64,000 nucleotides of DNA from positions 32,001 through 96,000 of the IMG/VR virus record IMGVR_UViG_3300027808_000009. One strand, 5' to 3'. Under the pieces are notes generated by a model. The model was not told where the DNA came from. It was given only the letters and a program-made list of their open reading frames with translations, and did not search any database. A program made the position numbers and the translations under genes. This document shows positions 46,538 through 58,100 of the stretch, one piece after another. Each line of letters opens with the position of its first letter. The stretch's first letter is position 1. This DNA is from a virus.

Positions 46538-49117
46538 ATGCACTTTAAAGTAAAAATAACTAAGAGATTACCACAAGCAAAATCGGGAGGTTTTACAGGT
46601 AACAATTTAAATAAACAAGTAATTAGTTTTGGTGGAGCTGACATGAATGCTGCATCAAGACATCTTGAAAATACAAGATACTTGAAACAAGTTCCAAGAG
46701 ATGAAGCTAATCTAGAAGCTGAAGGTGGGGAAACCGCATTTGGTGATATCAATGGTGATGGATTCACTGAGCACATGCTTATTGGTGGTAAAAGACATAG
46801 TCAAGGTGGAACACCATTAAATTTACCTGATGGTACTTTTATCTTTAGTGATACAGCTTCTATGAAAATTAAAGACCCGGAGATACTTGCTAAGTTTGGT
46901 AAAAAATCTGGTTCATTCACTCCTGCTGAATTAGCTAAACCATATGATATCAATAAGTATAGAACTATATTAGAAGATCCTAACTCAGATAAAGTAGATA
47001 AAAAAACTGCTGAGTTAATGATTAAGAATATTAATCTTAAACTTGGTGCATTAGCATTAGCTCAAGAAGCTAAAAAAGGTTTCCCTCAAGGTATACCAGA
47101 AGTTGCAAAACCATATATGGAAGCAATGAAAATTAGTGAGGAAGATTTAATACCACAAAAACTACAACCTGAAGCTGAGATGAATGCACAAGCAATGCAG
47201 AATCCATATGAAAACCAAGGTATGGGTATGCAGTCTCCTGAAGAAGAATCTATGGAGCAAGTTCAAGGTATGCAGAATCCTCAAGAAGAAATGATGGAAG
47301 TACCTCCTATGGCTCAATATGGTATAATGACAGGTGATTATAGTTATCCTGGACAACAATTATACAGAAACGGTGGTTCACTAGATAGATATCAAAGTAA
47401 AGGTGAAGTAAAATCAAAAGTTTACAGTAAAGATAACTTACCTAAAGATGCCGTTGTAAGAGAAAGAATTACTACTGATACTAGAGCCGGTGACTATGTT
47501 AAACAAGAAGATGGAACATACAAGAAAGTAACAGTAGCAACACTTGGTAAAACTCCTACTGCAGATACAAAGTCTTTAGGTATATCAGTAGAAGAATATA
47601 AAAAAGAATCTCCTGAGAATGCTAAATTAATTGAAGACGCAAATGCAATTATTGCTAAAGGAATCCAAGCTGGTGGCATCACTACAGATAAAAAAGGTAA
47701 TGTAAAAATTACAGGTAAGTGGGATGGTAACTTTAGAGATAGAGTAACATTATCAAGAGCTCTTAATGCTACTAATGCTAAAGGTGTATTTGGTACTGAT
47801 AAATATAAAGTTGTTAGTCAAGGTGCAACAGGCCCTTATTCTAAATTAAACAATGGTAAACTTAAAGGTTCTGGTTCATTTGTTGCAGGATTTACTCCTG
47901 ACTTATATGAACAAAGATTCATATATGAGCAAGCTAAAGGTTTAGGTATGACAGATGATGAAGCATTTGATGAAACAGACCGTATACAAAAAGATCCTAA
48001 ATTAAAAGCACAAGCTAGAAGACAATTTGCAGGTACCCTAGGAATCAAAGATGTACCAGAAGATGATAAAGCATTATTATCAGAAGACTTCTATAAAAAG
48101 AATTACGCTGATGTTACAAAAGGTATTGAAAATTCATTAGGTGAAGGTGACTATAGACCAGCAATTGGAGATGAACAATTAGCAGGATTTGAGCATTTTG
48201 ATGCAGTAGGTGGTAAACCTGAGTTTCAATATGAAAATGAAGCACCTGTAACTGAAGATGAAATAGCAAATGAAGAAGCTGCAGTAGCAGAAGAACAACA
48301 ATATCCAGAAGCAGGAAATCCTGAATGGTGGTTACAAGATAAAGTAAACATGGGACTTGCTGCTAGTGATTATTTTGATGTACAAAAAGCTTTACCATGG
48401 GCTGCAAGATATGAACCAGAAATGATGTCTCCTACATTTTATGATCCAACAAGAGAATTAGCTCAACAATCTGAACAAGCAAATATTACTAACAATGCAA
48501 TGTCTCAATTCTTAGGACCACAAGCTGCATCTGCAAGATCATCATCAGTACAAGGACAAGGAGCTAAACAAGCAGCTGATACTCTTTCTAGATACAATAA
48601 TCAAAATGTAGGTGTAGCAAATCAATTTGAAGGTAACAATGCTCAAATAATGAATGAAGCACAAAGATTTAATCAAGCACAGAATAAACAATTATATGAT
48701 CAAAATGTAATTGCTAATCAACAGTATAAAAATACTAAACGTGCATTTAAACATAACCTTGGTGAAGCATTTAACACTGGTACTACTAATATGATGAAAA
48801 CAGATGCAATGAATCAGATGTATCCTCAATATGCAGTTGATCCAAGAAGTGGCGGTAGAATGCATTTTACTAAAGGTAAAGTAGGTAAACCTGAACTTGC
48901 AACATCATTTGATTCATTAGTACAAAAATATATGGGATCTCCTTATTATATGGAAGGAGCAGATGCCATTAAAGCAGCTAAAACAGCTTCAGGATATTCA
49001 AGTGGAACTGATGGTGTTGATCCAAATATGATAGCAGCTCAGTATGGTAAAAAAGGTGGGACAACTCAAATGGGATATGTAATGGGTTCTAATGTATTCC
49101 CTTTCCAGTTTACTTAA
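46538..49117 (+). CDS. Putative cargo/ejection protein 3 (859 aa)
   Basis: Cys-free; EAEGGE...GGKRHSQGGTPLNLPDG.FIFSD N-terminal domain; Q/N-rich helical C-terminus. Confidence 0.6.
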   Translation: MHFKVKITKRLPQAKSGGFTGNNLNKQVISFGGADMNAASRHLENTRYLKQVPRDEANLEAEGGETAFGDINGDGFTEHMLIGGKRHSQGGTPLNLPDGTFIFSDTASMKIKDPEILAKFGKKSGSFTPAELAKPYDINKYRTILEDPNSDKVDKKTAELMIKNINLKLGALALAQEAKKGFPQGIPEVAKPYMEAMKISEEDLIPQKLQPEAEMNAQAMQNPYENQGMGMQSPEEESMEQVQGMQNPQEEMMEVPPMAQYGIMTGDYSYPGQQLYRNGGSLDRYQSKGEVKSKVYSKDNLPKDAVVRERITTDTRAGDYVKQEDGTYKKVTVATLGKTPTADTKSLGISVEEYKKESPENAKLIEDANAIIAKGIQAGGITTDKKGNVKITGKWDGNFRDRVTLSRALNATNAKGVFGTDKYKVVSQGATGPYSKLNNGKLKGSGSFVAGFTPDLYEQRFIYEQAKGLGMTDDEAFDETDRIQKDPKLKAQARRQFAGTLGIKDVPEDDKALLSEDFYKKNYADVTKGIENSLGEGDYRPAIGDEQLAGFEHFDAVGGKPEFQYENEAPVTEDEIANEEAAVAEEQQYPEAGNPEWWLQDKVNMGLAASDYFDVQKALPWAARYEPEMMSPTFYDPTRELAQQSEQANITNNAMSQFLGPQAASARSSSVQGQGAKQAADTLSRYNNQNVGVANQFEGNNAQIMNEAQRFNQAQNKQLYDQNVIANQQYKNTKRAFKHNLGEAFNTGTTNMMKTDAMNQMYPQYAVDPRSGGRMHFTKGKVGKPELATSFDSLVQKYMGSPYYMEGADAIKAAKTASGYSSGTDGVDPNMIAAQYGKKGGTTQMGYVMGSNVFPFQFT

Positions 49118-49157
49118 ACTTTCCAGGTTTAGTAAACTTATAAAATTTTAATATATT
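49115..49157 (+). promoter_or_regulatory. Putative promoter: TAAAC-N7-GTTTA, 20 nt, TATATT
   Basis: Dyad 49115-49131 and TATATT 49152-49157. Confidence 0.5.
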
Positions 49158-49182
49158 TACAGTATAGACAAACATTAACATT

Positions 49183-52119
49183 ATGGCTACATATATTTCA
49201 GGCGTTACCGATTATATACCTCAGTTTCAACCATTTCAACCTGATTTAAACTTTTATGCAAACGCATTGCAGACTAAGCAAAATCAGTATGATACAAACT
49301 ATAAAGCATTAAACAATGTTTATGGTCAATATTTTTATGCAGATTTAACTCATGGAGATAATCTTAAGAAAAAAGATGAATTAATTAAATCAATTGATTT
49401 TAATCTCAAGCGTGTCTCTGGTTTAGACTTATCTCTTGAACAAAATGTTACTCAAGCTCAACAAGTATTTAAACCTTTCTATGAAGATAAAAATCTTATG
49501 AAAGATATGGCTTGGACTAAAAATATAAATAGTCAAAAGTCATATGCAGCTGGATTAAAAAATGCAAGAGATGAAAAAATGAGAGCGCAGTATTGGGAAG
49601 CTGGTTTAAAAGCACTTGAATATAAAACTGAAGAGTTTAAAAACGCTTCTCTTGAGGAGACAATGTCAATAGGAAATGCAAACTATACTCCTTATGTTAA
49701 TGTAATGGAGAAAGCTCAAAAGATTGCTAAAGACCAAGGTTTTAAAGTTGAAAGCATGAAACCATCAGCTGACGGAAGATGGATGATAAAAACTACTAAT
49801 GGTGAAAATATTCTTGAGCCCTTAAATAAATTACTTGAAGCACAATTAGGATCTGATCCAGCTGTTATTGATGTATATAAAACTCAAGCGTATGTAAATA
49901 GAAAAGATTATGCTTATTCTAATGCTGCTCAATTTGGTGGAGATCAAAATGCTGCTGAGATGAGTTATCTTTCTGAAAGTTATAAAGCACTTAAAGGTGA
50001 AAATGAAGCAAATTATAAAAAATTAAAAAATTCATCTGATACTTATAATAATCAAATTAGTACAGTACAAAAACAAATCACTGATGGTAATGCACAACCA
50101 GGAGCTGAAACATACTTAGAAAGATTACAAAAAGCTAAAGGTATTAATGACACTGTACTTTCAAGCACAGAATCAAATCATAATGAATTAAAAGATAAAG
50201 TAAGTACTGCAACAACTACAAGTGGTTTTGAAAATCCATATGGTGATATTGAATCATTAAGATATAAAGTTGATAATGCAATGGCTTCTAGATTAATGCA
50301 AAAAGATCTAGGTGAAGCTGCAGATGTATATGCAATGTCTCATAGAGAAGTTGATTATGAAGCAAATATATATGCAGTTAAAGCTCAAGAGCATGCATAT
50401 AGAATGCAAGAAGTTGCATCTGCTAATGCAAGTAGAGAAAGAACTGCACAAATAAGAAATGCAGGTGAAGAAAAAAACATGTTTAATGCTCAAAGACTTG
50501 CGTCTGGAGGATACCATGTAGATGATAGACCTAAATTAGAAAATGGACAACCTAATCCTGAATATAACACTGTAGTTCCAAATGAAGACGGTGTCATGAT
50601 TAATAATAGAGAGCATAGAAGTGGTACAGCTACACCTGAAATTAATATGAAAGTTAAAGGTGCAGAGAATATGAAACGTATGAGTGCTGAATATGCTGAA
50701 CCAGTGTTTAAAAATATGACTCAAACTCTTGAACAATTAAAAACTCAAGGGTTAATATCTAATGAAGACTTAACATCTATACTAGGATATGATAGATTTA
50801 AAAACATTAGTCTTACTAAATTTAAAGACAAGTTATCTACTAATTCATATGGTTTCTTAAATAAAGAAGTAGGTGCTAAAAACTTAGATAATATTTATAA
50901 TAAATTTAATAGATGGATTAAAGATCATAATGGTAATGGTGCTGTAACAGATGCTTATGAGAAATCAGGATTAGAGACTGCTGGTACTAAATTTACAGGA
51001 TATAGTAAAAATCTTGCTAATTATGATAAATGGAAAAAAGAAACATCTTCTGTTGTAGAACAAGAATTTTCAAGATCAGAAGATAGTGATGTAAAAAGAT
51101 ATGGTAAATACTTATATACTGAAAGTGGTAGATTAAGAACTCAAAAAGAGTTTGATATATTAAGTAAAGTTGTTGGACAAAAAACTGAAAGATTAATAAA
51201 TCCAATAAGTGGTTATTCAAGTAGTTCAACAACTGTACAAAATAATAAAGAATTATATGATAAACTTGTTCAAGCAGCAGGTAAAGTTTATAATACATCT
51301 TCAAAAATGATTAAAGCTCCTCCAGGAATTAGTGGAACAGGAACTGGACTTGCATCTAAAGAAAACTTTATATCTGTATATCATAATGCATTTGATCATG
51401 CAGGTAATGCATTCATGAGAGAAACAGTTAATGACTTAAATAATCTTGATTTAACTGATGATAATCAAGTTAAGATTTCATATGATGGTACAACTAAAAT
51501 GGCTGGTGCTAAAAATAAACCAGGTGGTGAAGGTGCACAATTAGTAAGAGATTATATAGCTGAATATCAAAATACTAAAGGATTAAATAAACCTTTTGAA
51601 TTAGGTGCGGTAAACATTGCAGAAAATAATTCTAAAAGAGGTGCAATGATTATTAGACCTGATGATGAATGGTTGAAAAAACAAATATATACACTTGATG
51701 CAAGCGGTAAAAGAAAAGCAGGTAGAATAAGTGAATCTGAATATAATGCAATTGTAAAAAATGGTATATCTGTTATTGCAGATTCAAAAAGTTTTAATAA
51801 TGGTTTATATAAATCAGCTTACTTAGATCCAGTTCAAGCTGTAGTAGCATATGATGGTAAGTATGAATATGTAGATCCATTAGATGAGGAGAACTATAAT
51901 AAATTTACTATAGTACCAGATAAATTAGGTACAACAGATTATGTTGCTAAAACACAATATAAAGTGTGGGATCCAAATGCAAAAAAATGGGACTATCAAG
52001 GAACATATGATGCACTTATTTCAAAAGAAGAAGGGCTTACAAATACTGTAGAATATGCAGAAAACTTTTTTAAATCATTAAGAACTCATAATAAAGATCA
52101 GTACAATGTTGACAGATGA
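49183..52119 (+). CDS. Putative ejection protein (978 aa)
   Basis: Cys-free helical protein; first of three giant genes, as in the crAss-like ejection/RNAP block. Confidence 0.6.
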   Translation: MATYISGVTDYIPQFQPFQPDLNFYANALQTKQNQYDTNYKALNNVYGQYFYADLTHGDNLKKKDELIKSIDFNLKRVSGLDLSLEQNVTQAQQVFKPFYEDKNLMKDMAWTKNINSQKSYAAGLKNARDEKMRAQYWEAGLKALEYKTEEFKNASLEETMSIGNANYTPYVNVMEKAQKIAKDQGFKVESMKPSADGRWMIKTTNGENILEPLNKLLEAQLGSDPAVIDVYKTQAYVNRKDYAYSNAAQFGGDQNAAEMSYLSESYKALKGENEANYKKLKNSSDTYNNQISTVQKQITDGNAQPGAETYLERLQKAKGINDTVLSSTESNHNELKDKVSTATTTSGFENPYGDIESLRYKVDNAMASRLMQKDLGEAADVYAMSHREVDYEANIYAVKAQEHAYRMQEVASANASRERTAQIRNAGEEKNMFNAQRLASGGYHVDDRPKLENGQPNPEYNTVVPNEDGVMINNREHRSGTATPEINMKVKGAENMKRMSAEYAEPVFKNMTQTLEQLKTQGLISNEDLTSILGYDRFKNISLTKFKDKLSTNSYGFLNKEVGAKNLDNIYNKFNRWIKDHNGNGAVTDAYEKSGLETAGTKFTGYSKNLANYDKWKKETSSVVEQEFSRSEDSDVKRYGKYLYTESGRLRTQKEFDILSKVVGQKTERLINPISGYSSSSTTVQNNKELYDKLVQAAGKVYNTSSKMIKAPPGISGTGTGLASKENFISVYHNAFDHAGNAFMRETVNDLNNLDLTDDNQVKISYDGTTKMAGAKNKPGGEGAQLVRDYIAEYQNTKGLNKPFELGAVNIAENNSKRGAMIIRPDDEWLKKQIYTLDASGKRKAGRISESEYNAIVKNGISVIADSKSFNNGLYKSAYLDPVQAVVAYDGKYEYVDPLDEENYNKFTIVPDKLGTTDYVAKTQYKVWDPNAKKWDYQGTYDALISKEEGLTNTVEYAENFFKSLRTHNKDQYNVDR

Positions 52120-55100
52120 TAATCAAGAATTTAACTCACTAGATCCACTTGGACCTCAGTTTGGAAAAGCTAATCAACAAGAAATTAGCAGTGAAGCATT
52201 AAAACCTTTTGAAGGAGCTCCCATTAAACCAGTTAAAGATTACTTTCCTGTTATTCCTCAGTCAGGTGCATTAACAAGAGGTGACTATGCAGTTAAAGAT
52301 ATTATAACTGGTCAGGCTCCAAATCAACCACCTGCAAGATCTAAACAAAAAGTATCTGCAGCTGATTTTGGTAGAGCAGCTCAACAGCATTTTGATATGC
52401 AGTTGAGAACTAATCAAAATAAAAATAATATATCTAAAGTAGCAGCATATAATGCTGGACCTTCAGGTAATTCTTTTTATAAAAGGTATGCTGCATATGG
52501 TCAAGAAAAATTTGATAAGATTGGTTTTAGTCCTACAAGAGATAATGAGGCATTATACAATAGTCATACTACTGCATGGAATGATTTCAGCAGAATGATG
52601 ACTAATTCATTTGTACCATTATTTAGTAGAGGTTTTGTATCAGGTCCTAAGAGTTTAATAAATGCACTAGGTGGAGATTTTAGTGGAGACACTGAAGATG
52701 CAAAAATATATGAAGAAGCAGCAGCAATTGGTCAATCTACTAAAGGTGGCTTTTCTGGTTTCTTTAATAATACTGCAATGAACTTTGCTTATACAGCAGG
52801 GATCATGACTGAAGCAATTGCAGAAGAAGTTGGTATGATGGCAATTACTGCAGCAACAGGTGGTGCAACATTACCAGCATTGTTTGCAACTACAGCAAAC
52901 GCAGGTAAAAATATTTTAAGAGGTATAAAAGGACTTGATAAAGTTGGTGATGGTTTTAAAGCTGTTAATAAAACTCTTAAAAGTTTAAATAATATTGATG
53001 AAACAAGAAAGTTGTTTACTACAATAAAAGCTGGAGCAAATTCTAAAGTGGGTAAATTTTTAAATCCATTTGAAAATATGACTGAAGCATTTGGTACTAT
53101 TGCTAAGAATGAAAATAACTTAGAAGGATTAGCAAGAACTGCATCTGCAATAAATAAAACAGCAGGGGGATTGTTTAGAGATGTAAGAAATGCTAACATG
53201 GCATTATCTGAAGCAAGACTTGAAGCAGGTATGAATGAAAATGCAGTATATGATAAAATATATACTGAATATTATAAAAAGAATGGTGTACCACCAGATA
53301 ATGATACTCAATTTCTTATGCTACAAAAAGCAAAAGAAGCGGGAATGAGTACTCTTATTATGAATTCAGCATTAATATTTGGTTCAAATAAAATTGTATT
53401 ACCAAACATACTTGGACCAAAAGGTGGACCAGCTGGTTTTTTAAGAAGTAAAGTTGATGATGTAATGAATCTTAAAGATGGTAAAGTAGTCTTTGAGCAA
53501 TTTGGTAAAAAAGCAAAAGAAGGTGTTAAGCAAGTAGGTAAAGGTGAATTTAAATATGTTGAAGATAGTTTAAAAAATACTGCAAAACAAATATTGAAAC
53601 AACCTGGTAGAGCACTATTAAAAAGTTCTGCGGGTTACTTTAAAGGTAATATAATGGAAGGTGTACAAGAAAACTTACAAGAAGTTATTGCTGGTGCAAA
53701 TGAAAAATATTACTCAGATGCATTAAGTAATAGAGTACTTGGTACTCACATTAATGAAAGAGGTAAAGCATCAATAATGATGGATGAATTTGGTAAACAA
53801 TTTACATCACAAGGATTTGAGACTTTTGCTTCAGGTTTCTTTATGGGTATGTTTGCTAAACCATTTAATGCTGCATTGCCTACGTTGTTTAATGGATACA
53901 ATAGAGTATTTAATAAAGATGAATACTTAAAATATAAAGAGATAAGAAAATCATATGGTGAGGGTTTAACAAATAGATTAAACACTATGTATTCTGACCC
54001 TAAAGATTTCTTTAACTCAAAGTTTTTCAACTATGGTGTTCAGAATGAATTAGCAACTACAATTGAAACTGCAGACAGCAAGCTTAAAAAAGATGCTATG
54101 GATGAGGCTTTTGGTAATCAAGTAATGACAGCTTTAGAAACAAACACTGTTAACTTTTTTACTGAGCACTTAAGTTCAATGAAGGACATGACACCTGATG
54201 AATTTGAAGAAGCATTTAGATTTGAAAAAGGTACTGGTGCAAAATATCAAGGAAGAATTGATGGTATCATTGATACAGCTAAAAATATGGAAAAAAGCTA
54301 TAAGTATGCTAATGATAGATTTCCAAATCCAATTAACTTAAGCCCATTAAAAAAAGGTACTGAAGAATATAATGAAGCAACTATTTTTTCTAATGCATGG
54401 GAACATGGTAAAAAAAATTATGTTTTATTAAATCAAAGTTTTAATGATACCATGGGTAGAATGAGAGATATCATGGGTACTGTTAAAGATAATCCTTCTT
54501 TAAAAAATATGGCTCAGGCAGATATTGATTTAATATTTGAACCAAATAAGATTGGTAATGAAGCAGCAATGCTTAAAACTGAAATTGAAGGTTTAAAATT
54601 ATCTCAAGATCCAGCATCTAAACAACAGGCCGTTGAAAAACAAAATAAACTTGATGCATTAAGCAACTTTTTAGATATACATACTAAACATAATGCATAT
54701 CATAATAGAGCTGACTATGCAGAAAATATATTTGAAGCATATAAAAAGAAAACGGGTGAGACTGAGTTATCAGATGATACTAAACAATATATACTTGATA
54801 CCGCATTTGGTGAAAAGAATGATGAAAATACTTTAAAAGCAAACTCTGAACTTGAAGATGTTTATAAAAAATATTTAAAAACAGTTAATGGTGTAGATAA
54901 CAGTTATGTATTTGATACTGATATTGATGAAAGTTTTAATAAACTATTAGATCATTATTTACTTGATGCTGAGTCTAAAAAACTTGTTACATATATTAAT
55001 CTATTACATAATCCAAAATCATTTGTTGAACACGTAGAGAAAACAAAACAATGGATGACTAATATGTATAATAACAGAAAAGAGTATTATACAGATATGG

Positions 55101-58100
55101 TTAATAAACAGTTGGCTGGTATTGAAACAAATGCATTATTAAATCAATTAGCAGATTTAAATGTTTTTGTTGACTTAGATGTATTACAAGACTACATGGA
55201 GAATGATGTTATACCTAAAGAATTTTTTGATGAAACTACTAAACAAGTAATACCAAAAGGTACTAAAAAGTATAATGAGATATTTAATATTCTTGCATTA
55301 AATAAAAGATTAAAAGCTGAAGATGTAGAAAAACCTACACTTGATGATACACTACAAGAAAAAGTTGATACACTTGAGATACAAGAAAATAAAGAGTTAG
55401 ATGAACTTGAAAAAGTAGAGGTAGTTAAAGTTATTAAAAAACAAGTTGCAACTACTACTAAATTAACAATTAATGATATATTAAATGATATTGAGGAATA
55501 TCAATATGTTGATGCTAAATACGATGGTACTGAACAAATAGTTACAATGTATTTTGGATTTGCTGGATTAAAAGCAGATAATAATCAAGGTGAACTACTT
55601 GATGCTGATGCTATTAAAGATAAGTTTTCTGAATATACTATCTATAAAAAATCATTACAAGCTGATCCTGAAGAAGTTAAAGCTATTAAGGAAAAGTATA
55701 ATGCATTAAGAGATCAAGCAGCTGAAGCATTTAATGAAAATAAAGCTAAAACAAAAGCTGATATATATTCTAATTTTACTCCAGTAGAACAATTACCTAA
55801 AGATTTAGTAACACAACTAAAGACTGCATTTTCACAAACTGAAGAAGCAATAAAAGCTGATGAAGATGATATAAGTGGTGAAGAACTTGATGATATATTT
55901 AAAGTCTTTGTAAAAAATAATTCACTAGCCGATGATATTATTTCAGAATATAATGATAAAAGTAAAGATGCAGTTGAAAAAGAAAAATTAGGTGAGATAG
56001 ATGACTTTGATTTTGTTTCAAATAATAAAAGATTAAATACTGCTAATTATTCAACAGAAGATATTAAAGTATTAAGAAAACAATTTGAGGAATTGAGAGA
56101 TAATGCAGATACAACCCTTAAGAAAACTGCTTATCAAGATGTTATTACTAAATTCAACAAGTTAATATCTACAAGAGATGTACAAAACTTTACACCAGAG
56201 GTACAAGAGATAATTAAAACATTAAAGAATGAGTTATTTGCTAAACAAAGTGGTATAAATAAACTTGGTGAAGAAGGTTATGCAGTTAAAGGACAAATAT
56301 TAGCAAGAGTAAGTAATTTTATTGAAAAGTATAAAACTGAAAAATATAGATATACAGGTGCAGATATAGTTAAAGATGCTTATGACATGACAATAGGTAA
56401 TACAGGGTTTAATGAAAGAGGTATACAATTTTTTATTAATAAATTAAAACTTGACTTACATATTGATTCAGTTAAAAAGAACTATGGTTATACAGATGAA
56501 ACTGAGGCATTACTTAAAAAACACTTAAAGAATTTATTAGTACAAGATTTAAATAAAGTATTATTTAAAAATAAAGAAGAGTTATTAGAAGATATTCAAG
56601 CATTTATAAGTGAAAATACATATGAGGCATCAAGAGATGGTGGTACTTATGTAGATGATGAGTTAAGAAAATTCTTTACAAAAGGTGGAGCACCCGTATT
56701 TGATGAGAAAAAAATTACTAGAGAAGCATATGATAATTTATTTGGGCCAACAAGTTTCTTAAAACCTATCAAGCAAAGAATTGATGCTGGTCAATTATAT
56801 ACAGTTGCAACTAATCTTAAAGTATATGATGTAGATTCTAACGTAGCAGGTGAGATGGATTTACTACTTATTGATAAGGAAGGTAAACTACACATCATTG
56901 ATTTTAAAACAGGTAATGAAACTAAATGGGATGGATTTGTAACGCAGACTAAATTCAGTAAAAATAAACTTGAAGCATATACGCTTCAACAATATACTTA
57001 TGCAAGGTTGTTAAAAAAGATGACAGGTCTTGATGCTGATATTAATATATTCCCAATAGAAACTACATTAGATCAAAACAGTAAAAAAGTATTAACTGCT
57101 GGTGCACCTACTAATACAAAACTTAATGGTCCAGGTAAGTGGTACTTCTCACTTGATCCTAATTTTACAGATGCTAAAGCTAAGATTGATAAAGCAATAC
57201 CTATTGAAGCACCAGTTATTAAAGTAGCAACATCTATTAACCCAGTGTATAAAAAACAACTTGTAAACTTAGGTTATCCAATTGGTATTATCAATGACTT
57301 AACTAAAGAACAAGCAGCTGAACTTACTAAAGATAATGTACCATACAAGGAGTTTATTAAACAAACTAGTGGAGCTAAAATGTCATTTGGTAAAGCAGCT
57401 GCTGAAACAGTTACACCTACAGATACTAAAGCTGATATAGAAAAAGAAATAAAAGAAACTCTTAGAAACATAACATATGCTAATGGTACAAAACCTTATG
57501 ATAATCTTGATATTCAAAATGAATTAGAAATCAATCAAGCATCTAGAAATATAGTAAATGCTTTATCTAAAGATCAACCTCTTACTTTTGAGTTTCTTAA
57601 AGCTAATTTAGGTGGAATATTTACAACAACTAATAATAATGTAATTAAGATAAATATTAATAAAGGAACCAGTAATATAGAACTTTCTGAAGTAGGTACT
57701 GTTAGAACTATTATTATAGATAAAAATAATAACATATCTTATGATTTTGAAGATAGGGGTAAACAATTAAATCTTAAAGCAGCTAGAGCTATTAGTCAAG
57801 CAGAAAGTAAACATCAAGATAAATTAAAAGATATTTTTAAAAAATATGATGCAGAACTAACTTCTTTAACACAATTTACTGAAACTACAACTACTACAGA
57901 TACTAAAGCTGACTTACTTAATAAGTATAATAAAGACGTAGCTAAAATTACAAATAACTATGCTAAACAAATAGATTCTGTTGGTAAAGCAAGATATAGA
58001 AACAATCTTGAAGAAGCTAGGGATAATGAGTTATTAAAATTAAAAGAAGATTATGATGCAGAACTAGCTGCTTTAGAAAAAACTACTGAAAATAAATCAG

